A DNA stretch of 37,701 nt from contig MEDY01000065.1 in assembly GCA_001724265.1 (NCBI GenBank), positions 62,001 to 99,701 of the forward strand, written 5' to 3'. Below, one piece after another: positions 1 through 10,000 of this stretch; within the stretch, counting starts at the first letter, position 1; each line of letters opens with the position of its first letter. The DNA comes from Rhizaria sp. SCN 62-66. Its lineage: Eukaryota. A model generated the notes under the pieces. It searched no databases. It had not been told where the DNA came from and was given only the letters and a program-made list of their open reading frames with translations. The translations under genes and the position numbers were made by a program.

Positions 1-3000
1 TTGAGGGACGCTGCTGTTAAGACTGGTGACGCCGAGGCCGCCACTACCGCTATCGCTATCGTTGTCACCGCCGTAGCCGCCGTAGTCGCCGTTATACGCG
101 ACCGCGGCGCCAATGCCGACCTGGCTGCCGGCGCTGATGACACTGAAGCTGCCGCTACGGCTGTGGCTACGGCTGCCCTGCTGGCTGTTGCTCCTGCTCA
201 GAATCATCGCGCCTCCTGCGGCGCCCCCTATGGCGACTGTGACGGGCTCAGTCTTGGTCCCACCGCGTTTGCGCCCGCTCGACGACACAGCGACAACGGC
301 TGAATCGCGGGAGCGAGTGCTTTTGCTGGCGCCAGCAAGGCGCGCAGCGACTTTGGCCTCCGCGTGCACGGCAGCGGACTTGAGCGAGCGGCAGCGCGTG
401 CAGAGCAGGCGGTGCGTGAAGAGAATTGAGCCGCCGACCATGAAGGCCGACGCAAAGACGCCGAGCGTGATAAGCCAGAGACGCATGGACTCCTCCACGT
501 CGTCCGGAATGATCGCGATTGTGTCCAGCGAGAAGATGTAGTGCGCGTCCGAAACCGAGAACGGCTCCGGATCGGGGTCCTTATCGCCAACAACAACGCT
601 GCCATAGGTGCGCACATGAGCGTATCTAGCGTCATCATTGGTGCTGTACGCGCTGACCGTCTTGTTCGCGTCGCTGGTGCGCGTAGCATCGATCACAGCA
701 ACACGCGCGCGGCCGCAGGGCTCGGGGCAGCGCGCGCGAATCTGAATCACACCGCTGCCGTCGGCGAGCTCGCTGGCAACTGCGCCCAGCACCGCCAGAT
801 CGTCTGGCGCGCGCGGAAGCGTCTCGTCGACGTCGGCCGCGGAGCCGTCGCCAGAGCGCAAGTCGGCCGGGATCAGCACGAAGCGCAGCGGGAGCGCTGC
901 GAGGGAGACTGCGGCGGCGGCGGAGACGGTGGCAGTGGAGGATGCGGAAGGGAACGGGGAGGAGTAGTGCAGAGTGATCAGATATTGGTCAATGTACACA
1001 ATCTTGCCGGGAGTCTTGTCGCCCAAAGCGCCTTCATTAACACTCTCGTTAACACTGTTGTCGTCATTCAGAGTGCTCGGAGCAGCAGCGTTGAGCTTGT
1101 CGTTGTAGATCATCACAATCTCGACTGACGTCACGGTCACACGAGGCACGCGCGCCAGCGCCACCGTCGCCACAGTGGAGCCAGCGGCGTCGTGAAGCGT
1201 CGCCGTCGCCGCGGGCGCAAAGGGCAGCGCGCGGGACAAAAGGGACGGGCGGCACTGCAGCTGTGTGCCTGCGTCTGCACTGAGATGAGCAGCGTTCGCA
1301 GTCACGGTGTGATGCGTGACTGTGACCGTAGTATAGGGCGTCGGCGTGAGCTCTGGCACTGGCGCGATAATAGCGCAAGGCAGACCGTCGATCGCAACCG
1401 CGGAGATTGCATCAAGCCCAGCGCCGTAGAACGTGAGAGGGAACATCTGGTCCTCCTCCTTCTCTGCAGACCGAGACTGTGAGAGCGACAGAGACTGAGA
1501 CTGGGCAGGTGTCGGCGTCGGGGGGACCGTGTCCGGGAAGAGCATCGGAGACTCTGTGCCCGCCACCCACGTGGCGTCACTCGCCGCGCCGATAACTAAC
1601 GGCGCGCCCGTCGCCGCGGACGCAGCGATGGCGGAGCGCGCGTAGGGCGCCGCGACGGGCGCGAGCGCGGCGACGCCGGCAGCCTCGGGCGTGTGGTGCA
1701 GCGCCGAGTGCGAGGAGACGAGCGGGAAACCGGTCGCGGCCCAGTATACGACGATCGGCAGAGTCAGCACGCTGAAGGGCTCCTGGGACGCGGTGAGGCG
1801 TCCTGCGTTCAGAGTGTAAGCTGCGGTCGCGGGGTGGCGAGTGAAGAGTGACGTGAGGTTTTGAGGGACAGTGAGAACAAACACAGCGGTGGCAGCGGCG
1901 TGCGCGTCCGCGTCTTCACTGTAACTTCCACCAGCGCTCAGTTCATCACTGATGTTAGAGGAAGAAAACGTAGACTGTTTGAGCGTTTGACGGTCGAGAG
2001 ATGACCAGAACAAAGGCGCATGCATGCCTGCAATAGTCGCCACAATCTTATCCGTATTCGCGCTCACACTCTCGCTCAGAGCAGTGAATGTGGCACGGGT
2101 CGCCTGCACTGCAACAGTCAAGCGCAACGGCGTCTGCGTCGCCATGCTCAACAGATCAACACTAACACTCGGAGCGTCAGGGTAATTCGACTGTGAAGAC
2201 TGTGACTGTGAGCGCTGCGCCGCAGCGTTGCTCGTTTTGTGTGTAAGCGCGTTCACGTGAACCAAAGCTGGTGTAATGAGTGCGAAAGCGGGCACAGCAT
2301 CATCGTAGTCAATACGAACACGCGCCGCCCAGCCCGTAAGCGCCACAAGCGGCACCGTCTCATCCTCGTCGTCGTCGTCGTCGTCACCGTCGTCGCCAAG
2401 ACGAATGCTGTCGCTGTCAGAATCTGTTAGTTCGGGGGTCATCGCGGCCGAAGGCGTGGTGAGCGCAAGCGTGAACGTGCCCGGCACAAGCCCTTCCGTG
2501 CCGACGGCGGCGGTGATCGTGAGCAGGACCTCGGTCGGCGACAGCGTCGTGGTGACGATGCTCACACCGCGCACATGCTGCCGCAGCGCGCTGTCCGCCG
2601 ACGCCGTCAGCGCGAAGGCGTGGGGCAGCGACAGTGGAAGCGAGTTTGACGTGGGAAACACAAGGCGCACGGTGCTCACGCGCACTCCGCCACGAACACT
2701 GCCGGGATTGCTCTCGGTGCTCTTGGGCTTGGACGGGCGCGGGCCGATGGGCAGCACGGTGTCGGGATATTGCGCCACTGCGTAGGGCGTCGCAATGACT
2801 GAAAGGATAAAGTGAGTTAAGATAATGAACTCATCGTCATCGTCGTCATAAACGTTATCCTTGGTGACAGCACGAACATCGACGGAAGTGGAAGTCGAGC
2901 TGCTGTCAATGTTCTGGTCCAAGTCAGAAAGGGAGTTGTTATGCGGGATGTAAACAACAAGCCGCACCGAGTAGCGGCCCAACACATCCGCAGCCGCCAC

Positions 3001-6000
3001 CTCAGTCTCAGCCTCGTTGTCAGAAAGCGCCGACTTCGTTGAATTGGGGAATGCAGCCTCCACGGTCACGCTCTCTACGCCCGGCTGCACACTTGTCTCG
3101 ACGACGACACCCGTGACGGTGCGGCGCGAGACGGTGTTGATAAACAACACAGCGGTGACTGAGTCTGCAGAGAGTCCAGGGCCGGTGAACGTGAAGTAGC
3201 GCGTGACGCCGTCGGCGACCGCCCAGGGAGGGAACATCGACACTGCAGACACACCGCTCAAACCAACACGTTGGTTGCGAACTTGACTCTGGCGCATAGA
3301 ATTAAGAGGAAGACTCGCGGGCACACGAACAGAAGCGCGAGCATCTTTGTGCCGAGCCTCTGCAATAGAGACGGCATCCGTGTCATTCGTGAACGTAAAC
3401 ACGTTGTCAGCCTGCAGCACCACGGTGTTGCGGTACATTATCGTCAGCTGCAGCGGCTCCCCGGCCACGAAGGTCGCGTTGCGGAAGTTAAGACGCATGT
3501 AATACGCGCCGCGCGAAGTGATGCGCATGCGATATGTGCCGAAAGTAACAGAATAGGCGTCGGTGGTGCCGAAGAGGCCGCTTGTGGACAGGATGATGCC
3601 TTGGGGCGGTGCCGAAACAAGGCCGGAGGACGGGGACATCGAGACCAAGTACGGCTTAGCAGGCTCAGCGTCCTCGGATGCGACCTGAGGCAACGGCGGC
3701 AGCAGCAGAAGATCGAGGTCGCCCAGCGGACACAGCACGGCATCGTGGCCCCATCCCGGCACCGCAGCAGCGCTCACCTTGTCCGCGCTCGCGGTTACAG
3801 GGTAATAATAAAAGTCAGGCATCGTCAAGAACACCGGGTGCGCGCCCTCAGCACACGCGCTCAGATCCGCCGGAGTCAACACCATAGACTCCCCAACTGC
3901 AGCGCCATTGCTGACTGTGCGCTGCGAGCTCGCAACAGTAGGCTCAAGAGTGAACGCGGCAACGATGTCGCCTTTTTCCGTGTATGTCGCTGATGGACCA
4001 AGTTTCTGCTGCTGCGCCGAATTTTGAAACTTAGGGGTTGCGGAGGCGCAGTTGCCAACGCGGAGACCGAAAGGGAACCCACGCGTAGCCTTGATAAAGT
4101 TCACTGTAAACACCGTCGTCGTCGCAGTCGCTGTGACCGTCTGAGTCTGACTCTGAGGCTGCGGAAGACGGAGAAGCGGCGGCAGCAGCGAACGCGGCGT
4201 GAGCTCCACAACGGGGATGTCAATGCTCGCCAGCCACTCAGGCACCGCAAGGCGACGCAGAGCACCGCGCACGGGGCCGGGGCACCAGCGACGGCATCCA
4301 GGAGCAGTCTCAACATCAGCCTCAGTCTCAGCAAGTGCAGCAAACACAGTGGAAAACGAAGTGGTCAGCGGCGTGGGCAGCAGGTCAATTGTGAGTGTTT
4401 GACCCGCGGTCAGCCCCTTGGTTGGCAGAGTGACCTCAACCGCAGTCTCCACACTCCCAGCGTCCGCACTCGCGGCGGCAGCTGCAGCAGCAGCAGCAGC
4501 GGACGTGAGCGGCGCGGAGACGAGTGCAAACGACACCTCTCCGACGAGCCTGCCCCGGTGGTACACGGCGACCCCGGCCACGGCGGCGAGCCCGCGGCCG
4601 CGCAGCGTGACGGTGACGCGCGCGGGCAGCGCGGCCCACGCGTGCGCGGCCGCGGGCACGGGAGCCGACGTCGCGGCGGGCGCGGCCAGCAGCGCCGGGT
4701 GCGCGGCCGAGATGGACACTGTGGCGAACGGCGGCGGCGCGAGAGACGTGAGATACGGGTGGAACGCAAGCGGAGCAACGACAGCAGCCTCAGAGGCAGC
4801 AGCAGCAGCGGTGGCGGTGGCGGCGGTCAGAATAAAGCCGCAGAGCGCGACGGGTGCGCCAGCGTGGGGCAGGACGAGGATGCGGGCAGTGAGACCGTGG
4901 GCGGAGCAAGAGAGCACCTCGACCGAGCCCATGCCGTCGTCATCGCCTCCGTCAACGGCGGGCGCGGGCGGGGGCGCAGTGAAGCGCAGAACCAGCGACG
5001 CCGGGTCGCACACGGCGACGTCACCATCGTCGTTCTTGCTGTTGCTAAGAGATGCGAGAGGCAGCGCACTCTCAAACAGCAGCGTGAACACTGCGCCCAC
5101 AGTCGCGCTCGCCGCCGGCAGCGCCGTGGGCCACATCGCGCTCACGGTCCCCACGGCCGGCGCCGCGGGGGCATCCTCGCTGACCGTGAGCACGCCGGGC
5201 CCCGCCGAGTCTGCGTACGAGTCGATGCGGAGCAGAGTGACCGATCTCGGTGTCGCAGACCCGGGGTCGGAGGCCTCAAAGACGAGCGCCAGCGGCCCGG
5301 GGGCCGTGTTCACCGTGGCGACCGTCAGCACAAGCATGCCGGGGGCCTGAATCGCGCGGGAGATTGTGATACTTGGGTCAGGTTCGGCCACCACACGGGA
5401 GTCTGTAGAGCCAACAGAGTCGGCAGAGCGCATAGAGGGGCCGAGACGGTAGAGTACGGCAACAAGGGGAACGTTTCCGAGAAATGTGTCAGCCTGAAAA
5501 TGCAGCGCAACAGTTGCCTTACCAGCAGCAGCAGTATCACCACGGTCATCGTTATTGTTAGTGATCGTGGGCGCAAGTGTAGTCGTCGGCAGAAGCGTGT
5601 GCGGGGCGGCGGCAACAAGCACAGGTCGCGACAGCAGCGACAGCGCATTCGGCAACGACAGTGACAAAACAACCTCGCCGCTGCTACCGTCGACTGCTGA
5701 TACATCAGCAGTCTGGTCAGCAGCGACCGCGGTGGCGTTGACGCGGCGAGTGACCTTGAGCGCGGCCGTAAGCGGGGGCGCGGTGGGTGCAAGCGCGGCA
5801 GCGGCGTCCTTGGGGCTGGGCCGCGTTACACTGCACGCGACGCGCACGCGGGCTTGCCACGCCGGCAGAGCGGAGGCAACGGGAGACTTGCACGGCAGCG
5901 TCAACATGTCAGCAGTCGCGGCGACGGCAGCAGCAGCGCTGTTAGCTTGCTTCGGCAGAGTGAACGCGACGTCGATGTCGTAGAGAGCGGCGTCTGTGAT

Positions 6001-6564
6001 GAGGTCCACGCCAGCGGGCAGCAGGGACAGGGGCACATCCAGCGCGAGAGCAACCAAGTCCTCACGACTACTGTGACTTGCCGCCATCGTCGTCGCTGCA
6101 GAAGCAGGGGCAACAAAGACAACGGTGGGAAAGAGGCGGAACGGTGTAGGGGCCGCGGTGACCGTGAGCGCGGCCGGGAGCGTCACGGTGACGTCGTCGA
6201 CGGTGATGCTGAGAGCGTACAGCGCTGGGGGCAGCGCGGCGGGGAGAACGAACGACAGTGAGGAGGGGGCCGCAACAAGCACAGTTGCGGGAACAGCCTT
6301 GCCGTAGTTGGTAGACAATGGTGTGGCTGTAGTTTCGTCGAGCGTGGCAGAAGGGACAGCAGACAGTGCGTCGGACGAGACAAGCTCGACGAGGATGCTT
6401 GAGGGGGCCACGAGAGGGAAGTAGCGCATGGCAACATTGAGCCTAGTGCCCTCATCAGCAGCGCTGACAAGGGAAGGAAACACGTAAATAGTTTCAAAGG
6501 CAGATATAAGCAGGGTGGCAGACGCCAGAAGCAGTGCGAAGACTGCAAGCAAGCGCCCGAACAT
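1..6564 (-). CDS. Very large type I membrane/cell-surface protein with IPT/TIG-like beta-sandwich repeats; 3'-partial (>=2188 aa, continues past position 1)
   Basis: In-frame ATG at 6564 gives the signal-peptide-like MFGRLLAVFALLLASATLLISA. The ORF track has no minus-strand ORF ending in this frame between 1 and 6564, while antisense shadow ORFs keep one phase throughout, implying no stop (inferred; only segments were hand-translated). TIG-like segment VSAVSMFPPWAVADGVTRYFTFTGPGL near 3170-3260. Hydrophobic helix LWLITLGVFASAFMVGGSILF at ~418-480, then HRLLCTRCR and a Ser/Gly-rich tail. Confidence 0.8.
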   Translation of the reverse strand, partial: MFGRLLAVFALLLASATLLISAFETIYVFPSLVSAADEGTRLNVAMRYFPLVAPSSILVELVSSDALSAVPSATLDETTATPLSTNYGKAVPATVLVAAPSSLSFVLPAALPPALYALSITVDDVTVTLPAALTVTAAPTPFRLFPTVVFVAPASAATTMAASHSSREDLVALALDVPLSLLPAGVDLITDAALYDIDVAFTLPKQANSAAAAVAATADMLTLPCKSPVASALPAWQARVRVACSVTRPSPKDAAAALAPTAPPLTAALKVTRRVNATAVAADQTADVSAVDGSSGEVVLSLSLPNALSLLSRPVLVAAAPHTLLPTTTLAPTITNNNDDRGDTAAAGKATVALHFQADTFLGNVPLVAVLYRLGPSMRSADSVGSTDSRVVAEPDPSITISRAIQAPGMLVLTVATVNTAPGPLALVFEASDPGSATPRSVTLLRIDSYADSAGPGVLTVSEDAPAAPAVGTVSAMWPTALPAASATVGAVFTLLFESALPLASLSNSKNDDGDVAVCDPASLVLRFTAPPPAPAVDGGDDDGMGSVEVLSCSAHGLTARILVLPHAGAPVALCGFILTAATATAAAAASEAAVVAPLAFHPYLTSLAPPPFATVSISAAHPALLAAPAATSAPVPAAAHAWAALPARVTVTLRGRGLAAVAGVAVYHRGRLVGEVSFALVSAPLTSAAAAAAAAAASADAGSVETAVEVTLPTKGLTAGQTLTIDLLPTPLTTSFSTVFAALAETEADVETAPGCRRWCPGPVRGALRRLAVPEWLASIDIPVVELTPRSLLPPLLRLPQPQSQTQTVTATATTTVFTVNFIKATRGFPFGLRVGNCASATPKFQNSAQQQKLGPSATYTEKGDIVAAFTLEPTVASSQRTVSNGAAVGESMVLTPADLSACAEGAHPVFLTMPDFYYYPVTASADKVSAAAVPGWGHDAVLCPLGDLDLLLLPPLPQVASEDAEPAKPYLVSMSPSSGLVSAPPQGIILSTSGLFGTTDAYSVTFGTYRMRITSRGAYYMRLNFRNATFVAGEPLQLTIMYRNTVVLQADNVFTFTNDTDAVSIAEARHKDARASVRVPASLPLNSMRQSQVRNQRVGLSGVSAVSMFPPWAVADGVTRYFTFTGPGLSADSVTAVLFINTVSRRTVTGVVVETSVQPGVESVTVEAAFPNSTKSALSDNEAETEVAAADVLGRYSVRLVVYIPHNNSLSDLDQNIDSSSTSTSVDVRAVTKDNVYDDDDDEFIILTHFILSVIATPYAVAQYPDTVLPIGPRPSKPKSTESNPGSVRGGVRVSTVRLVFPTSNSLPLSLPHAFALTASADSALRQHVRGVSIVTTTLSPTEVLLTITAAVGTEGLVPGTFTLALTTPSAAMTPELTDSDSDSIRLGDDGDDDDDDEDETVPLVALTGWAARVRIDYDDAVPAFALITPALVHVNALTHKTSNAAAQRSQSQSSQSNYPDAPSVSVDLLSMATQTPLRLTVAVQATRATFTALSESVSANTDKIVATIAGMHAPLFWSSLDRQTLKQSTFSSSNISDELSAGGSYSEDADAHAAATAVFVLTVPQNLTSLFTRHPATAAYTLNAGRLTASQEPFSVLTLPIVVYWAATGFPLVSSHSALHHTPEAAGVAALAPVAAPYARSAIAASAATGAPLVIGAASDATWVAGTESPMLFPDTVPPTPTPAQSQSLSLSQSRSAEKEEDQMFPLTFYGAGLDAISAVAIDGLPCAIIAPVPELTPTPYTTVTVTHHTVTANAAHLSADAGTQLQCRPSLLSRALPFAPAATATLHDAAGSTVATVALARVPRVTVTSVEIVMIYNDKLNAAAPSTLNDDNSVNESVNEGALGDKTPGKIVYIDQYLITLHYSSPFPSASSTATVSAAAAVSLAALPLRFVLIPADLRSGDGSAADVDETLPRAPDDLAVLGAVASELADGSGVIQIRARCPEPCGRARVAVIDATRTSDANKTVSAYSTNDDARYAHVRTYGSVVVGDKDPDPEPFSVSDAHYIFSLDTIAIIPDDVEESMRLWLITLGVFASAFMVGGSILFTHRLLCTRCRSLKSAAVHAEAKVAARLAGASKSTRSRDSAVVAVSSSGRKRGGTKTEPVTVAIGGAAGGAMILSRSNSQQGSRSHSRSGSFSVISAGSQVGIGAAVAYNGDYGGYGGDNDSDSGSGGLGVTSLNSSVPQ

Positions 6565-7047
6565 CCGAAATTAGTCTCGGCGATCCCGGCCTGTGAGATA
6601 AGGCGCACGATGAAATGAGGACCCAATTGCGAGGTGCACTCTCCTATCAAAAGAAATTCAATGAAACAAATCGATGGATTACGTCATAAACAGTTGGTAA
6701 AATCGCATATCATGCAATTTAACGATGCGGGTATGCCACAAAACGCAAGTACAAAAGAGTTCAATCTCCTTGCAGTTATACCACGTCGTCGCGCAGCCAT
6801 CGCTCCGCCTGTCATCTAGTCAGCTGGCGATGTTTAAGTTGATTTGTGTATTAAGATCATCGTCTTTCCGTGCTAATCTTGCGTATATTATTTGAAATGT
6901 ACTATTCTACGGGCTGAGCTGTGTTATCAGTCGGATAAAGCGTCACTTAAGCACTTAACCCCCTTCCGATCACAGCTCATCCGACACTGGCCCAACCTGT
7001 GTTGCAGCCGCTCCTCTCTATCTTCATCACCAAACTCATTCAGTCGT

Positions 7048-10000
7048 TCAATACAACATCGTGTTCACGTTCTCCAGCATCATTACGCCGCTCCCTGTGG
7101 CCATCACGCCCTTAGTCGCAGCGCCCTTCCCAGCAGCCTTCACCGCGGACCCCTTGACAGCGCCCTTCGCAGTAACGCTGTTGCTCGCGCCAGCGCCGAC
7201 CGCGCTCAACACAGACAGCTTGCCACTCATCGCGGCGGATGACATTGCGGGCGTGTTGCCCGCGCCCCGAGCAACCTCGCCAAGGACCGCACGCACAACG
7301 CTCACACTGTTCACATTCGCTGAGCTCAAAGCAGCAATGTTCGCAGTGTCAGGAGCGAGAGAGCGGGTCAAAGCGCCGCGCGCGCCGCGGACCGGCAGCG
7401 TCAGCGGCACCCCAGCAGCGCTCACACTCATAGTGACCACAGGAGCAGGAACAGGAGCGACAGTGGCGTAAGCGGGGGGCGCAGCAGTGGCAACCGGGAC
7501 GGTCTGGGACTTGGGCGAAACAGTCGTGGCAATGGCAGAGGGAGGCAGGAGCTCAACCTCGTCGTCATCGTCATCAGCCATGTCGCTGACACCGACGCTG
7601 GAGCCAACGCTGACATCTCCGATCTCGTAGCTGTCACTGTCGCTTTCGCTGTTGTCGGCGGCGCTGCCACTGTTGCTGAAGCGGCGGACGGCAGCGCCCC
7701 CGCGAGTGCGCCGGGGCTGCAGAGGCGACTCAGCCGAGCGCCACTTGCCCACAGCAGGGGTGCCGACGCCAGCGCTGGAAGCGCTGACTCTGATGATGCC
7801 GGCAGCAGAGTTGTCGTCGTCGTCGTCGTCATCGTTACGGCGATTGCGGCGGCGGCGCGCGCTGCTGCTGCTGTTTCTGCTGTTGCTCGAAGGGCTCTCG
7901 CTCTCAGCCACGGTCGTGGCAGCAGCAGGGGTCGCGGCGGGAGTGCCAGAGGCAGAGCGGCAGTCGCGGGCAGGCGTCTTCGCAGCAGAAGCAGAATCGC
8001 CAGCAGCAGCGGCAGCGGCAGCGGCAGCTGCAGCGGCAGCGGTGCGAGTGCCCGCTCGGCCGCGAACGCGGGCAGGCGTCTTGGCGAACGCGAAGCTGCT
8101 CTTCGCGTTCATGGTGTTGCCCGAGACGAGACTGGCGAAGGACGGCCTCGCTGTAGTCGCAGTCTCTGCAGCGGCGGCGGCGCGGGTGCTGCGGGTCGCG
8201 CGGGCCGGGCGCACCGGCGTTGAGGCGGCGACGGCCTTCTTGGGCTTGCTCACCTCCGCAGAAGCAACGGCAGCAACACGAGAGCGCTTGGGTGCCGACG
8301 CAACAGAATCGGCACCAGCAGCAGCGGCAGCGGCGGAGCTTCTGGGGGTGCTGGCAGCCGAGGCCGCGACAGACACAGGCGCAGACACAGACAAGTGCGC
8401 AGTGGTAGCGAAAGCGCGCTTGCCGCGCGTGCTTGCTACCACGCCGCTGCTAACAGCAACAGCAGCAGAAGGAGCAGCAGCGGCAGTGCTGATGTTGATG
8501 TTGGTGTGTGTCGCGCGAGTCGCGGTGCGGGGCTGAGCGAGCTGCAGCAGCCGCTCGGACATGCCCTTGACAACGCGCGGCGCAGCAGCAGCAGCAGCAG
8601 CAGAAGCAGGAGCAGGAGCAGGAGCAGGAGCAGTAACAGCAACAACAGCGCTCACAGTGGCAGGGGCGGCGTTGGCGACAGTCTTGCGAGTCTTGCGCGG
8701 GAGCTCGGTTGTGCTCGCGGTCGCGGCAGCCAGGCAGCGCGCGCGCTCGACCGCGGCGGCGTCGCGCGCGTTAGCCTCGTCGTCGTCCTCGTCGTCGGCG
8801 CCGGCACGAGCAGGAGCAGCGCTGCGACGCGTGCGCGCGGCCGTAGTGCTAACGGCGCTCGCGTTGCTGGCGGCGGTGGCAACAGCGGCAGAGGCGGAGG
8901 ACGAGAGAAGGTTCTTGCGGTATAGCGACGGCAGCGGGCGCGCCTTGAACACGAACGGCTTCGCTGCAACAGCAGCGCTGGCAGTGGCGGGCTCCTCGGC
9001 GGCAGCAGCAGCGGCAGCAGCTGCAGCGGCGCTGGCAAGACCAGCAGTGGGAGCGGTCTGGGAGAGTGCGCGGCGCGTGGCACGAGGAGCAGCAACAACG
9101 GCATCCTCGGTCTTGGACTCAGCCTTAGGCTTGGTGCTCTTGGCCTTAAACGCAGTCTCCGCAGCAGGGGCAGCAGCAGCAACTTCGGCAGCGACAGCGG
9201 CAACGACTGTAGCAGCGGCCTCAGGCTCAGCAGCAGCAACAGCAGCAGGGGCGACAGTCTCGGCGGCAGCAGTCGCTGGAGCAGCAGCAACAGCGGCGGT
9301 ATCGAGAGGCTTGACCTGGAAGCGAAGACCAGCGAAAATGCGAGGCTTGACGGCCGTAACAGCAGCAGGAGCAGCAGCTGTAGCGCCAGCAGCAGCGGTA
9401 GCAGCGGCGGCAGCAGCGGCAGCGGCAGCGGCGGCAGAGACCGAGCTCCTCCTGCGCTTCGCAGCGCCCTCCGCAGCACTGGTCCCGGGAGCAGCAGCAG
9501 GAGTGGAGGCGGCAGTGCTCGCAGCGGTCGTAAACGCGTAGCGGCCGTTCTTGCTGAACAGCGACGCCGCAACGGCAGCGGCGCCGGTCTTGGCCTTGGC
9601 AGCAGCAACAGGCTTGGCGGGGGTCGTGCCGCGGCCAGCGACGGCGGGGACGCCGACGGCGGGCGCAGCGAGCTGCACGTCGTCGCTCTCGCCGTCCTTT
9701 GCCTCACCGCCCTCCGCGGCCGCAGCGGCCGCGGCGGTGACGACGGCGGGCCCGCGGACGGCGACGGGCGCGCCCGCGCCGGCGACGGCGACAGCGCGGC
9801 GCGCGTGGCCCGCAGTGCGCTGCGCGCGGACGTTCGGCGCCGCGCCGCTGCTCGCGGTCGCCGTCGCGGTGGCGGCCGCGGAGAGGGCGGCGGTGCGAGA
9901 GCTCAAGCTCAGGCGGCCAGCGACACTGAGGCGGGAACCAGGGACGCTCGTGTTCGTGCTCGTGCGACGGTTCGCGGTCGCGGCCGCGTCAGCAGCAGCA

